Shown here: positions 12,655 through 23,201 of the stretch, piece after piece
How the letters are laid out: the number at the start of each line of letters is the position of its first letter
Numbering within the stretch: position 1 is the first letter of the stretch
NCBI GenBank assembly: GCA_963814375.1
Contig: CAWFCQ010000003.1
Span: 191,557 to 255,556 of the forward strand
Length of the DNA stretch: 64,000 nt
Origin: an uncultured Chloroflexia bacterium
Lineage (GTDB): Bacteria > Chloroflexota > Limnocylindria > QHBO01
Reading direction: 5' to 3'
The notes under the pieces: model-generated
What the model saw: only the letters and a program-made list of their open reading frames with translations
Databases searched by the model: none
Told to the model about the DNA's origin: nothing
Made by a program: the position numbers and the translations under genes

Positions 12655-14568
12655 ATGGCAGATGTGAATGACGGACAGGTCGACCTGCATCGGTCCGGTG
12701 TCCGCTTCGCCGCCTTCGGCCTGGCGGCGATCGTCCTGCTGACCGCGCTTGGCGGTCGTCTCTTCCAGCTCCAGGTCGTCCAGGGCGAGGAGCTCGCCCG
12801 ACGCGCCGTGGCGGATCGAACGGCGGAGGTCCCGGTGGCGGCGCCTCGGGGCCTGATTTTCGACCGCGACGGCAGTCCGCTCGCCGTCAACACGCCGTCG
12901 TGGACGGTCAAGGTGCGACCGGCCGACCTCCCCGAGGGGCGCCGCGCGGCGATCCTGGCGCGCGTGGCCCGCGTCACCGGCGCCGATGCCGCTCAGCTCC
13001 GCTCGCGGCTCGATGCCTTCTCCGGCTCACCCTATGACCTCGTCCCCATCCAGCGAGGAGTCTCTCGCCAGGCGGCACTGATCCTCGCCGAGGAGTCTGA
13101 AGCGCTTCCCGGAGTCGTTGCCGAGGTCGAGCCGGTGCGCAGCTACCTCGACGAGACCGGTGCTGCCAACGGGTTGCTGCTTTCGCACGTGCTCGGATAC
13201 ACCGGCCCCGTCGCACGCGACGACCTCGAGGAGCTGATGGCCCGCGGCTACCTCCGCGACGACGTCATCGGCAAGTCCGGCATCGAGGCGTCGTTCGAGG
13301 AGGAGCTGCGCGGGGAGCTCGGCTCCCAGCTGGTAGAGCGCGACGCCTCCGGGAGGCTGGTCAAGGTGATCGACACCCTCCGCGAGCCGGTTCCCGGCAC
13401 GAACCTGATGCTGACGATCGACACCGACATGCAGCGGCTGGCGACGAAGGCGCTCGAATGGGGCATGCAGACCGCCGACGTCAGCCAGGGCGTCACGGTG
13501 GTCATGAACCCTCAGAACGGCGAGATCCTGGCCATGGTCTCGCTGCCGGCCTACGACAACAACAAGTTCGCCGGCGGCATCAGCGTCGACGACTTCAACG
13601 TCTACCTGAGCGATCCGGACCGTCCGCTGCGCAACCACGCCATCAGCGACATCTTCCCGCCGGGCTCGACCTACAAGCTCGTGACCGCCATCGCCGCGAT
13701 GGAGGAGGGCGTCACCACCGCCGCGCGGCAATGGCCGACCTACGGCTGCTACCAGATTCCCGGCGCGCCCGACGGCCAGTGCCTCTTCGACTGGAACCGC
13801 CAGGGGTTCGGTCCGCTCGCCATGGTCGACGCGTTCGCCAAGAGCTCGGACACCTTCTTCTATCAGATGGCGATCCATACCGGTGTCGATCGGCTTGCTC
13901 GCTGGGCGAACGAGCTCGGGTTCGGCGAGCTGTCCGGAATCCGGCTGCCCGGCGAGGAGGAGGGGATCATCGCCAGCACTCAGTGGGCCCGGCAGCAGGG
14001 CCGGGCCGGGGTGTTCACCGGCGAGGTCGCGCAGGCCGGTATCGGCCAGAACGTCATCGCGGTCACGCCGCTCCAGGTGCTGAATGCCTATGCCGCGGTC
14101 GCCAACGGCGGTCGCCTCATGCGGCCGATGATCGTTCGCGGCGAGACCGATGCGGACGGCGCGCTCACGCGCGCCTACGAGCCCGAGCTCATCCGCAACC
14201 TGGCGGCCGATCCGGACACGCTGCGCACGATGCGGATCGGCTCGCGCGAGGTGATCACGTCCGGCCATGCGTACAACATCCGGGACCTGGACCTGCCGGG
14301 CGCGCTGTCCGGGAAGACCGGAACCGCCGAGTTCGGCGAGCTGACCGAGGAGGGAACTCTTCCCTTCCACTCGTGGTTCGTCGCCTACCTGCCCAGCAGC
14401 GCCGGCGCCACCGATGCCGATCTCGCCGTGGTCAGCTTCAACTACTCGGCGGAGGTTCCCGGCAACGTGTCTGCCGAGGTCGTGAAGTACTTCCTCCAGC
14501 TCTACTACGGGCTTGACCAGGACCTGCGCCTCGATCCGAACGACTTCAGCCTGGTGACGGCGAACTGA
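12655..14568 (+). CDS. mrdA: Penicillin-binding protein 2
   Basis: N-terminal TM, APRGLIFDRDG, SxxK (STYK), SSD, KTG. Confidence 0.93.
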   Translation: MADVNDGQVDLHRSGVRFAAFGLAAIVLLTALGGRLFQLQVVQGEELARRAVADRTAEVPVAAPRGLIFDRDGSPLAVNTPSWTVKVRPADLPEGRRAAILARVARVTGADAAQLRSRLDAFSGSPYDLVPIQRGVSRQAALILAEESEALPGVVAEVEPVRSYLDETGAANGLLLSHVLGYTGPVARDDLEELMARGYLRDDVIGKSGIEASFEEELRGELGSQLVERDASGRLVKVIDTLREPVPGTNLMLTIDTDMQRLATKALEWGMQTADVSQGVTVVMNPQNGEILAMVSLPAYDNNKFAGGISVDDFNVYLSDPDRPLRNHAISDIFPPGSTYKLVTAIAAMEEGVTTAARQWPTYGCYQIPGAPDGQCLFDWNRQGFGPLAMVDAFAKSSDTFFYQMAIHTGVDRLARWANELGFGELSGIRLPGEEEGIIASTQWARQQGRAGVFTGEVAQAGIGQNVIAVTPLQVLNAYAAVANGGRLMRPMIVRGETDADGALTRAYEPELIRNLAADPDTLRTMRIGSREVITSGHAYNIRDLDLPGALSGKTGTAEFGELTEEGTLPFHSWFVAYLPSSAGATDADLAVVSFNYSAEVPGNVSAEVVKYFLQLYYGLDQDLRLDPNDFSLVTAN

Positions 14569-15701
14569 TGGGCGTCGCAACTGCAACATTTGTTGATAGC
14601 TTCAGGGCGCGCGACTGGCGCCACTTCGACGTGCAGCTGCTGCTCTACGTCGTGCTCCTCATCGGCCTCGGCGTGGTGATGGGCTACTCGGCCGGGTTCA
14701 ACGACGGCGGCACGGCCGGGATGTCCCAGACGGTCAAGACGCTGATCTGGGCCACGATCGGCCTGACCCTCTTCTTCGTCGCCGCCAGCGTGGACTATCA
14801 CTGGCTGCGCACCCTGGCAGCGCCGCTCTACCTCGTGGTGCTGGCGCTGCTCACCATCACGATGCTCGTCGGCACAAACCTGTTCGGCGCGCAGATGTCG
14901 GTCACTGTCGCAGGGCTCGACTTCCAGTTCAGCGAGGTCAGCAAGGTGCTCATGATCTCGGTGCTGGCCGCGTACCTCGCCGGTCGCCGAGCGCGCATCG
15001 GCCGCCTCTCGACGATCCTCGTGGCCGGCGCACTGATGGCAGTGCCGACCCTGCTCGTCTTCCGGCAGCCGGACCTGGGTACCGCGCTCGTGTTCGTGGC
15101 AATCCTCGTCGGGATGCTCTTCATGAGCGGAGCGAGCCTCGGGTGGATGGGCTTGATGGCGGCCGGCATCATCGCTGCCGCGCCGGTGGCGCTCAGCCTG
15201 CTCCAGGACTACCAGCGCACCCGCCTCTTCTGCTTCCTCGACCCGTACGCCGATGCGCAGGGCGCCTGCTTCCAGCTGGTCCAGGCACTGAACGCGGTGG
15301 GCTCCGGCGGCTGGCTGGGCCGCGGCCTCACCGTGGGCGGAGAGGGGCAGCGAGGCTACATTCCGGTCCAGTCGACCGACTTCATCTTCACGGTCGTGGC
15401 CGAGGATCTCGGCTTCGTCGGCGGGATCGTGATGCTGATCCTGTTCGGCCTGCTGGTGTGGAGGATCCTCCTCATCGGCTGGCAGGCGCGCGACGCCTTC
15501 GGCATGCTGATCGCGGTCGGGCTTGCCTCGATGATCCTCTTCCAGCTGTGGATCAACGTCGGCATGGTGATCGGGGTGATGCCGGTCACCGGCATCCCGC
15601 TGCCGTTCGTCACCTATGGTGGCTCGAGCCTCATCAGCCTGCTCTTCGGGCTGGGGATCCTCCAGTCGGTCCGGATGCGGAGCCACAAACCGACGCTCTG
15701 A
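14568..15701 (+). CDS. rodA: SEDS protein RodA
   Basis: FQFSEVSK, QPDLGT, TDFIFTVVAEDLGF, GIPLPFVTYGGSS. Confidence 0.93.
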   Translation: MGVATATFVDSFRARDWRHFDVQLLLYVVLLIGLGVVMGYSAGFNDGGTAGMSQTVKTLIWATIGLTLFFVAASVDYHWLRTLAAPLYLVVLALLTITMLVGTNLFGAQMSVTVAGLDFQFSEVSKVLMISVLAAYLAGRRARIGRLSTILVAGALMAVPTLLVFRQPDLGTALVFVAILVGMLFMSGASLGWMGLMAAGIIAAAPVALSLLQDYQRTRLFCFLDPYADAQGACFQLVQALNAVGSGGWLGRGLTVGGEGQRGYIPVQSTDFIFTVVAEDLGFVGGIVMLILFGLLVWRILLIGWQARDAFGMLIAVGLASMILFQLWINVGMVIGVMPVTGIPLPFVTYGGSSLISLLFGLGILQSVRMRSHKPTL

Positions 15702-15723
15702 CCGGCCATGCGCCGATGCGGGC

Positions 15724-15788
15724 GTGGGGAGGCTCGTCCGCCCAGCCCGCCCGGCAGGCGGGCGGGACCGGCTGCCGAGCCCAACCTC
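15724..15788 (+). repeat. GTGG-headed structured repeat, copy B (3' of rodA)
   Basis: GTGGGGA-GGCTCG-TCCGCCCAG-CCCGCCCG-loop-CGGGCGGG-ACCGGCTGC-CGAGCC-CAACCTC. Confidence 0.75.
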
Positions 15789-15829
15789 GACCCGCCTCGA
15801 CACTGGACGGGCAGAGGGGCCTTGGGGTT

Positions 15830-16007
15830 CGCGATGGATCGCGGCGGGTTCACCTGAACGCGATTTCGGGCTGCGTTCTCGCGATCTATCGCGGACTCGC
15901 CCGCATAAGGGTCACCTGCTGGCGCGGCTCGTGCGTGTCAGGCCGCGATCGATCGTGGGAACAGCACCTGGCGGTGGGCTCTGGGGCATCGGTCTTGAAA
16001 GATCGCG
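15830..16007. repeat. 178-bp imperfect palindromic dispersed element, copy 1
   Basis: Arm CGATGGATCGCGGCG..TTCACC...GTTCTCGCGA..TATCGCGG shared with 21357-21535 and 34688-34865. Confidence 0.75.
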
Positions 16008-16011
16008 AGCT

Positions 16012-16130
16012 GTCCGATCTATCGGTCGGGAAATCGCATGCGCCCGCCATCCGGTGCATTGCCGTCCGCTTCATCGGACAGCTCTTCACCGGAAGGCGCC
16101 TCGTGTGAAGTTCTGACCGATATGTCGGAC
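16012..16130. repeat. About 120-bp imperfect palindrome next to repeat copy 1
   Basis: GTCCGA..ATCGGTCGGGA...TCCGGTG / CACCGGA...TTCTGACCGAT..TCGGAC. Confidence 0.65.
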
Positions 16131-16139
16131 GGCGCGAGG

Positions 16140-17354
16140 CTACTCCGCGGGCTCGGACAGCGGAGGCGCATCGGCGGGCATGGTTGGCGTCGGCGGCGGT
16201 TCGGGCGGTGACTCCTCCTCCTTCGGCAGCCGCGCCCCGTGCTGGGCGAGGTCGTAGGCGAAGTCGGGCGGCTGGCCGCCGAAGCGGAGGAAGCCGTATC
16301 GGTACAGGTCGCGCCCGGCGGCGACCGTGGGAGCCGCGAGGATGGCGCCGCCGATCCCGAACAGCGAGGCGCCGATGACGAGCGACATGATCATGACCGC
16401 CGGATGGAGGTCGACGGCGTCGCCCATCACCTTCGGGACGAGGATGTGGTTCTCGAGCTGCTGGATGGCGGTGTAGAGGACGGCCGCGGCGAGCGCGGCG
16501 GGAACGCTGATCGAGAGGCCGATGAGGATGGCGGGAATGGCGGCCACGATCGGTCCGATGATCGGCAGCCACTCGAGGACGCCGGCGATGAGCGCGAGGA
16601 CGAGGGTGAACTGGCCGAACTCGCCGAAGCCGATGAGCGTGAGGATCGTCAGGCCGATCGCCGTGGCCAGGAACACCGAGAGACCCAGGAGGAGCTGGCC
16701 GCGAACCCATCGGCCTCCGACGGCGCCGAGCAGGCCGAGCAGGTTCTGGGTATCGGCGCGCCATGAGGGGGGCATGGCGCCGGCGACGCTGCGCGTGAAT
16801 CCCTCGCGGTCCTTGAGGACGAAGAAGAGCCAGACCGGCACGACGATGAGGCCGAGGATGAAGGTCGCCGCCCGCACGATGGCGTTCACCGTCGGTGCGA
16901 CGATGGCGCGCACGAGGTCCGCGATGACCTGTCCGCTCGCGGCGAGCTGCTCGTCGATCAGCTCGCGCAGCTCGGCGGGCAGCGGAAGGCCGGCGTACCA
17001 GTCCGCCAGGCTCTGCTCGAGGCCGCTCACCGCCTCGCTGAGCTCGGGGATCTGGTCGATGAATTCGCGCGCCTGGGCGCTGATCGGCGGCAATGCGAAG
17101 GCGACGATGCCCCAGATCGTCGCGACCGCGGCGATGTACATGACGACGATCGCCGCCCACCGCGGCAGGCCGCGGCGCGCGAGGAAGGTGACCGCCGGAT
17201 CGAGGACAAAGGCAAGAGCCAGTCCGATGAAGAACGCCGGCAGCGCGCCGCGGGCGACCCACAGCAGCGTCAGGACGACCGCGATCATGAAGAGCGCGAA
17301 GATCGCCTGGCGGTTGCGGTGAATCGATCCGAGCAGCTCGGCCATCGCGCTCAT
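16140..17354 (-). CDS. AI-2E family transporter
   Basis: LAFVLDPAV, GQLL, PIIGPIVAAIPA, QQLENHILVPKVMG, LHPAV. Confidence 0.92.
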   Translation of the reverse strand: MSAMAELLGSIHRNRQAIFALFMIAVVLTLLWVARGALPAFFIGLALAFVLDPAVTFLARRGLPRWAAIVVMYIAAVATIWGIVAFALPPISAQAREFIDQIPELSEAVSGLEQSLADWYAGLPLPAELRELIDEQLAASGQVIADLVRAIVAPTVNAIVRAATFILGLIVVPVWLFFVLKDREGFTRSVAGAMPPSWRADTQNLLGLLGAVGGRWVRGQLLLGLSVFLATAIGLTILTLIGFGEFGQFTLVLALIAGVLEWLPIIGPIVAAIPAILIGLSISVPAALAAAVLYTAIQQLENHILVPKVMGDAVDLHPAVMIMSLVIGASLFGIGGAILAAPTVAAGRDLYRYGFLRFGGQPPDFAYDLAQHGARLPKEEESPPEPPPTPTMPADAPPLSEPAE

Positions 17355-17407
17355 CGTAGCGGCCCACCTCTGGCCGGTGGACCCGATCGCCGGTACGATG
17401 CCACCCG

Positions 17408-18122
17408 ATGACCGCACGAACGGACGCGCCACCGCGTCAGCGCTGGCAGCTCCTCTTCAGCCGCGACCGATCCGGCCCTGCGCATGCGCCAGGCCGAGCT
17501 GGTCGACGAGCTCGAGCGCGCGTTCCGCGAGGCGGGGCTGCCATTGGCCTACACCGGGGCCACGAAGCCTCGTCCGCGGATCAAGCTCGCCGCGAACCTG
17601 CCGGTCGGCCTCGAGCTGCGCGGCGAGGTGGTCGAGGCCTACTTCGACGATCTGGTGCCGATGGAGCGCATCCAGGCCGCCGCCGAGCTCTTCCCGGAGG
17701 GAATCGCGCTCCGCGATGCGAAGGAGGTGTGGCACGGCTTCCCGTCCGCCGCGTCGCAGCTGCGCGGCGCGGAGTACGAGATCGATGTCTCCGGCGACGA
17801 GTCGCTCACGTCGGACGCACTGCGCGGCGCCGTCGTCAGGCTGCTCAACGCCAAGGAGCTCCAGGGGAAACGTCGGCGGGGCGAGAGCGAGCGTCGCAGT
17901 GACGCCGGCGACCGCGACCTGCGACCGCTGATCGAGGACGTCGAGGTCGTCGAGGTGAACGACGCGAAGCACACCGCGCAGCTGCGCACCGTCCTCCAGC
18001 TCGACGCCAGTGGCGCCGGGCGACCGGAGGACGTGGTGCACGCGCTCGACCTGCCGTTGCGGGTGGTGCGGGCGGTCCGGTCGCGCCTCCTCTTCGTTGA
18101 CACTCCCCCGATCGCTCGATAA
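17408..18122 (+). CDS. Radical SAM-linked protein (DUF2344/TIGR03936-like); apparent frameshift near 17475
   Basis: RQRWQLLFSR joined to LERAFREAGLPLAY..PRPRIKLAANLPVG and GRPEDV. Confidence 0.75.
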
Positions 18123-18213
18123 ACTTCGACCTCCCGCGGGCTGACCACTCGGCCCGTTTTCGCGTGCGCCGGTTCTATCGGTGCAGCTCATGAGCAGACC
18201 CAGGAGATCGAGC

Positions 18214-18735
18214 ATGTACGCCGTGGTGACGACCGGCGGAAAGCAATACCGCGTCGAGGCCGGCAGCGAGCTCGTTGTCGAGCGCCTCGGAGCGGATGCC
18301 GGTGAGGCGATCACCTTCGACCGCGTGCTGCTCGTCGCGGATGGCGAGACGGTCACCGTCGGCACGCCGACCGTCGACGGGGCCAGCGTCAGCGGCACCG
18401 TCATCGGCGAGGCGCTCGGGCCGAAGATCGTGGTCTTCAAGTTCAAGCAGAAGGTCAAGTACCGCCGCACGGCCGGCCATCGGCAGCACATGACCCGCGT
18501 CCGGATCGACGAGATCAACACGCCCGGCCGCAAGGCGAAGGCAGAGCCCGCCAAGGCGGAGGCCGCAGAAGCCGATACCGCCGAGGCGAAGCCGAAGCGC
18601 ACGCGCAAGCCGGCCGCCGCAAAGGCGGACGCCCCGAAGGCCGATAGCGCCAAGGCCGATACGGCCGACGCGAAGCCGAAGCGCACGCGCAAGCCGGCCG
18701 CCGCCAAGGCGGAAGCCCCGAAGGCGGAGGAGTAA
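18214..18735 (+). CDS. rplU: 50S ribosomal protein L21 with Ala/Lys-rich repeated tail
   Basis: [18 protein letters not shown]; [14 protein letters not shown] occurs twice. Confidence 0.96.
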   Translation: MYAVVTTGGKQYRVEAGSELVVERLGADAGEAITFDRVLLVADGETVTVGTPTVDGASVSGTVIGEALGPKIVVFKFKQKVKYRRTAGHRQHMTRVRIDEINTPGRKAKAEPAKAEAAEADTAEAKPKRTRKPAAAKADAPKADSAKADTADAKPKRTRKPAAAKAEAPKAEE

Positions 18736-18738
18736 CCG

Positions 18739-19008
18739 ATGGCACACAAGAAGGCTGGCTCGTCCAGCAAGAACGGGCGCGACAGCGCCGGCAAGCGGCT
18801 CGGCGTCAAGCGCGGTGACGGCCAGTCCGTCCTCGCCGGGACGATCATCGTCCGGCAGCGCGGCAGCACCTTCCACCCCGGTGACAACGTCGGGATGGGT
18901 CGGGACTACACGCTCTTCGCCACCGCCGACGGCAAGGTCCGCTTCACCCACGAGACCCGCAGCAAGAAGCGCGTCAGCATCGAGCTCGGCGACGTCGCCA
19001 GCGCCTGA
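18739..19008 (+). CDS. rpmA: 50S ribosomal protein L27
   Basis: [23 protein letters not shown]. Confidence 0.98.
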   Translation: MAHKKAGSSSKNGRDSAGKRLGVKRGDGQSVLAGTIIVRQRGSTFHPGDNVGMGRDYTLFATADGKVRFTHETRSKKRVSIELGDVASA

Positions 19009-19027
19009 CGCATCGGAGCACCCCGCC

Positions 19028-19237
19028 ATGAAGGCTGACATCCATCCCACCTACCACCAGGCGCAGGTTCGCTGCGTCGGGTGCGGCACCACCTTCGAGG
19101 TCGGGTCGACCGCAGAGTCGATCCAGGTCGAGGTCTGCAGCAAGTGCCACCCGTTCTTCACCGGCACGCAGAACATCGTCGACACCGCCGGCCAGGTCGA
19201 GCGCTTCCAGAAGCGCCTCGAGCGCTCGCTCCGCTGA
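19028..19237 (+). CDS. rpmE: 50S ribosomal protein L31 (Cys-containing, Zn-binding type)
   Basis: [24 protein letters not shown]. Confidence 0.96.
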   Translation: MKADIHPTYHQAQVRCVGCGTTFEVGSTAESIQVEVCSKCHPFFTGTQNIVDTAGQVERFQKRLERSLR

Positions 19238-19386
19238 GGAGCCGATCGCGCTCGGCGGCCCGGGAGGGTCGTTGGCCGGCGCACCTCGCGCCGCATCTCT
19301 TCTTCCTCATCCCCGAGCTGCTGATGGCGGCCGGGCCGCTCGTCATTGCATCGGTGACCGATGGCGCCGGGCGCCGGGCGTTCCGG

Positions 19387-20286
19387 ATGCCCGACTTCTT
19401 CTACGGCGGCCAGGCATTGATCGAGGGCGTCATGATGCGCGGCCGCACGACCGTGGCCATGAGCGTCCGCCCGCCGTCGGGCGAGATCGTCACGATGTCC
19501 GAGCCGCTCCCCGCGGCGCTGTCCGCCGATCGGCGGCTCATCAAGATCCCGTTCCTGCGCGGGATGTTCCTCCTGTACGAGACGCTCGTCATCGGCACGC
19601 GCATGCTGATGCGCTCCGCGTCGCTGGCGGCCGAGGGCGAGGACATCGAGCTCGGCAAGGGCACGATCGCGATCACGATGGTCGTCAGCCTCGGCTTCGC
19701 GGTGGGACTCTTCTTCCTCCTGCCACTGTTCCTCTCGACCTTCGCCGAGGATGCGACCAACAACGACTTCGCGGCGAACGCGGTCGAGGGCGTCATCCGG
19801 CTGGGGATCTTCATCGCCTACATCGCCGCCATCGGGCTCATGAACGACATCCGCCGCGTCTTCGCCTATCACGGCGCCGAGCACAAGGCGATCAGCGCCT
19901 ACGAGGCCGACAAGCCACTGACGCCGGAGGAGGTCGATGCCTTCGGCACCGCCCACACGCGGTGCGGGACGACCTTCCTGCTCATCGTGGTCGTCATCAG
20001 CATCTTCTTCTTCAGCCTCATTCCCCGGGCCGGCGTCCCGCTTCCGCTGCTGTTCCTGTCGCGGATCGTGCTCGTGCCGTTCATCGCCGCGTTCGCCTAC
20101 GAGCTCGTCCGCTTCGGTGCGCGCCATTACGGCAATCGGCTCGTCCGAGCGATCTACACCCCCGGTCTCTGGCTTCAGTCGCTGACCACGCGGCCGCCGG
20201 ATCGGTCGATGCTCGAGGTCAGCATCGCCTCGCTCGAGTCGTGCCTTGCCTCCGACCGCGAGGCGGCCACAGCCGCGAAGGCATGA
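19387..20286 (+). CDS. DUF1385 (YqhQ-like) membrane protein
   Basis: [27 protein letters not shown]; usual rpmE-prfA context. Confidence 0.9.
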   Translation: MPDFFYGGQALIEGVMMRGRTTVAMSVRPPSGEIVTMSEPLPAALSADRRLIKIPFLRGMFLLYETLVIGTRMLMRSASLAAEGEDIELGKGTIAITMVVSLGFAVGLFFLLPLFLSTFAEDATNNDFAANAVEGVIRLGIFIAYIAAIGLMNDIRRVFAYHGAEHKAISAYEADKPLTPEEVDAFGTAHTRCGTTFLLIVVVISIFFFSLIPRAGVPLPLLFLSRIVLVPFIAAFAYELVRFGARHYGNRLVRAIYTPGLWLQSLTTRPPDRSMLEVSIASLESCLASDREAATAAKA

Positions 20287-21338
20287 TCGACCGGCTCGCC
20301 GAGCTCGAGGCGCGCTACGAGGAGATCAGCCGGCAGCTGTCGACGCCCGAGGTGGCCAAGGATCCCTCGCGACTGGCCGACCTCGGCCGCGAGATGGCGC
20401 GGCTGGAGCCGGTCGTCGCCGGCCTGCGCACCTGGCGGTCGGTGCAGACCCAGCTCGACCAGGCGCGCGCCATGGGCGAGGACCCCGACGAGGAGATGCG
20501 GTCGATGGCGCGCGAGGAGGTCGACCGCCTCAGTAGGCAGTCGGCGGATCTCGAAGCCGACCTTCGTGCTCGACTCGTGTCACGCGATCCGAACGACGAC
20601 CGCGACGTCATCGTCGAGGTCCGCGCCGGCACCGGCGGCGAGGAAGCGTCGCTGTTCGCCGCCGACCTGTTCCGCATGTACGCCCGATACGCCGAGCGAC
20701 GGCGCTGGAAGGTCGATGTGATGTCGACATCTGAGTCTGAGTCCGGCGGATTCAAGGAGGTCATCGCCGAGGTCCGCGGCGACGGCGCGTACTCGCGCCT
20801 GAAGTTCGAGTCGGGCGTTCATCGTGTCCAGCGCGTCCCATCGACGGAGGCCCAGGGCCGCATTCACACTTCGACCGCGACCGTATCGGTCCTGCCCGAG
20901 GCGGACGACGTGGAGGTCCAGATCGATGAGAAGGACCTGCGCGTCGACGTGTATCGATCCTCCGGCCCCGGCGGCCAGAGCGTCAACACCACCGACTCAG
21001 CCGTGCGGATCACCCACCTGCCGACCGGGCTCGTGGTCGCGATCCAGGACGAGAAGAGCCAGCACAAGAACCGGGCCAAGGCGATGAGCGTGCTGCGAGC
21101 CCGCCTGCTCGAGGCGGAGCAGGAGCGCCAGGCCGCGGAGCGCGGCGATGAGCGGCGTTCCCAGGTGGGCTCGGGCGAGCGCAGCGAGAAGATCCGGACC
21201 TACAACTTCCCCGACGACCGCGTTACCGATCACCGCGCCGGGATCACCGTCCACAACCTTCCAGGGCTGCTCGAGGGCGATCTCGACCGCGTCATCGACC
21301 CGCTGCTGGAGGCCGACCAGGCAGCGGCGGCTCGATGA
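20283..21338 (+). CDS. prfA: Peptide chain release factor 1
   Basis: [20 protein letters not shown] (PxT), GGQ, IRTYNFP. Confidence 0.97.
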   Translation: MIDRLAELEARYEEISRQLSTPEVAKDPSRLADLGREMARLEPVVAGLRTWRSVQTQLDQARAMGEDPDEEMRSMAREEVDRLSRQSADLEADLRARLVSRDPNDDRDVIVEVRAGTGGEEASLFAADLFRMYARYAERRRWKVDVMSTSESESGGFKEVIAEVRGDGAYSRLKFESGVHRVQRVPSTEAQGRIHTSTATVSVLPEADDVEVQIDEKDLRVDVYRSSGPGGQSVNTTDSAVRITHLPTGLVVAIQDEKSQHKNRAKAMSVLRARLLEAEQERQAAERGDERRSQVGSGERSEKIRTYNFPDDRVTDHRAGITVHNLPGLLEGDLDRVIDPLLEADQAAAAR

Positions 21339-21356
21339 GCTTGGGGAGTGAGGCGA

Positions 21357-21535
21357 CTCGACAGATCGCGGCGATTTCACAGGAGGTGCGATCGGGGTGT
21401 CGTTCTCGCGACTTATCGCGGTGCGTGCGTGCCTGAGGCGCACCCCGAGGTGCTTCTCGTGCGGCTGAGGTCGCGATCGATCGCGATCCCGACACCTCCA
21501 GGACGCCTCCGGTGATTTCGTCGCGATCCATCGAG
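21357..21535. repeat. 179-bp imperfect palindromic dispersed element, copy 2 (prfA-prmC junction)
   Basis: About 65-bp imperfect inverted arms; the central 32 nt are a close reverse complement of the centre of copy 3. Confidence 0.8.
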
Positions 21536-22418
21536 CCACAGGTCTCCGTGGCCGATGCGCTGTCGCACGCAACCCACCTTCTCCGAGACTCCGGATCCCC
21601 GAGCGCCCGCCTCGATGCGGAAGTCCTCCTCGCCCACGTCATCGGCCGTGACCGCAGCTGGCTGCTCGCCCACCCTGAGGCCGCGGTCGACAAGGCCGAT
21701 GCCTTCGCCGCCGCAGTCGAGCGCCGCGCATCGGGTGAGCCGGTCGCTTACATCCGAGGATTCAAGGAGTGGCATGGCCTCCGCATCCAGACCGATGCGC
21801 GCGCCCTCATTCCCCGCCCGGAGACCGAGCTCCTTGCCGATGCCGCGATCGGCGAGATCGACGTGCGCCTGCGGGCGGGCTCGGTCGTGGCGTGGGAGGT
21901 CGCGACCGGATCGGGTGCCGTCGCCCTCGCGATCGCTCTTCGATTCCGCGATCAGGTCGAAAACGGCGCGGCTTCGTCTCCTCGCGAGCGATTTATCGCC
22001 CGACGCGCTCGCCCTCGCCGCCGAGAACCTCGGCACACATGGCGCGGCCGCGCTGGTCGAGCTCATCCACGCCGATCTGCTCGCCCCGGCCGGCGACGCC
22101 GTTCCGCGCCCGGACGTCATCGTCGCCAACCTGCCGTACGTCGCGAGCGCCGAGGTGGACGAGCGGCGCGGATCGCTCGGGTTCGAGCCCCGGATCGCCC
22201 TCGACGGTGGCCCGGATGGCCTGGACCTTCTGCGCAGGCTGATGGGCGAGCTGCCGGCCGCGGCCGCCCCATCGGCGACGGTGCTGCTCGAGCTCGGCGT
22301 CGGCCAGGTCGAGGCGGTTCGCGCGCTCGCGCCGAAGGCCGCATCGGTCAGTGTCGTTCCTGACCTCGCCGGGCTGGACAGGGTTGTCAGGCTGGAGATG
22401 CCAGACTGGGTGGCGTGA
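21512..22418 (+). CDS. prmC: Release factor glutamine methyltransferase (frameshift near 21968)
   Basis: GEPVAYI, LIPRPETE, TGSGAV, then in the next frame SDLSPDAL, NLPY, ALDGGPDGL. Confidence 0.9.
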
Positions 22419-23017
22419 CCGATCGGCTGCCTCCGACCGCTGACGGGATTGCCACGGCGGCGGAGCTCCTCCTCGCCGGTGAGCTGGTTGCCTTCCCGAC
22501 CGACACGGTTTACGGCGTCGGTGTGGCGGCGACCCGTCCCGACCGGATCGCCGGACTGTTCGACCTGAAGGCGCGCCCGGCCGAGAAGGCGATCCCGCTG
22601 CTGGTCGTCGATCTTGCCCAGGCGACCGATGCGGGCGCATCGGCCGACGTTCGTGCGTCGCAGCTGGCCAGCCGATTCTGGCCAGGACCGCTCACGTTGG
22701 TCCTCGCGACCGATCACGGGACCCAGGCCTACCGCGCACCGGACCACGCCGTGGCCCTCGACCTGATCCGGGGCGCCGGCCCGATCTACGCGACCAGTGC
22801 GAACCGGTCGGGTGAGCCCGACACGCTGGGCGCCGACGACGTGCTGATCGCATTCGCGACGCAGCAGGACGAGCTGGCGGCGGTCGTCGACGGCGGCGCG
22901 GTTCCTGGCGGGATCGCCTCGACCGTTATCGACCTTTCGGTGACCCCCGCCCGGCTGCTTCGCGAGGGCCCGATCAGCCGCGACCAGCTCGCCGAGGTCA
23001 TCGAGCTCGCGCCTTGA
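22415..23017 (+). CDS. tsaC: L-threonylcarbamoyladenylate synthase (YrdC/TsaC)
   Basis: VAFPTDTVYG, KARP, FWPGPLTLV, TSANRSG, ASTVID. Confidence 0.92.
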   Translation: MTDRLPPTADGIATAAELLLAGELVAFPTDTVYGVGVAATRPDRIAGLFDLKARPAEKAIPLLVVDLAQATDAGASADVRASQLASRFWPGPLTLVLATDHGTQAYRAPDHAVALDLIRGAGPIYATSANRSGEPDTLGADDVLIAFATQQDELAAVVDGGAVPGGIASTVIDLSVTPARLLREGPISRDQLAEVIELAP

Positions 23018-23066
23018 CGCGCGACGTACGCTGATCCCAGAGGCGCGACCCGCGCCCAACCCCGAT

Positions 23067-23169
23067 CCCGGCGCTCACGCCGCCGGCCCGTGGGGCAAAG
23101 GGGAACTCGCTTCCTCGGGCCGAGATCGTCTCGCCTTCGAGCGCGGGACGCGCAGAGCGTGAGTCTGGG
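23067..23169 (+). ncRNA. Candidate three-way-junction cis-regulatory RNA leader
   Basis: Three nested or adjacent stems paired by eye (see findings); no family assigned. Confidence 0.5.
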
Positions 23170-23201
23170 CGCTCCGTGCCGAGCGAAGGATGACGACACG
23201 A

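Noticed and set aside
19272-21338. 688-aa N-terminally extended RF1
   Set aside because: The upstream part overlaps the DUF1385 gene; the true start is the ATGA overlap at 20283
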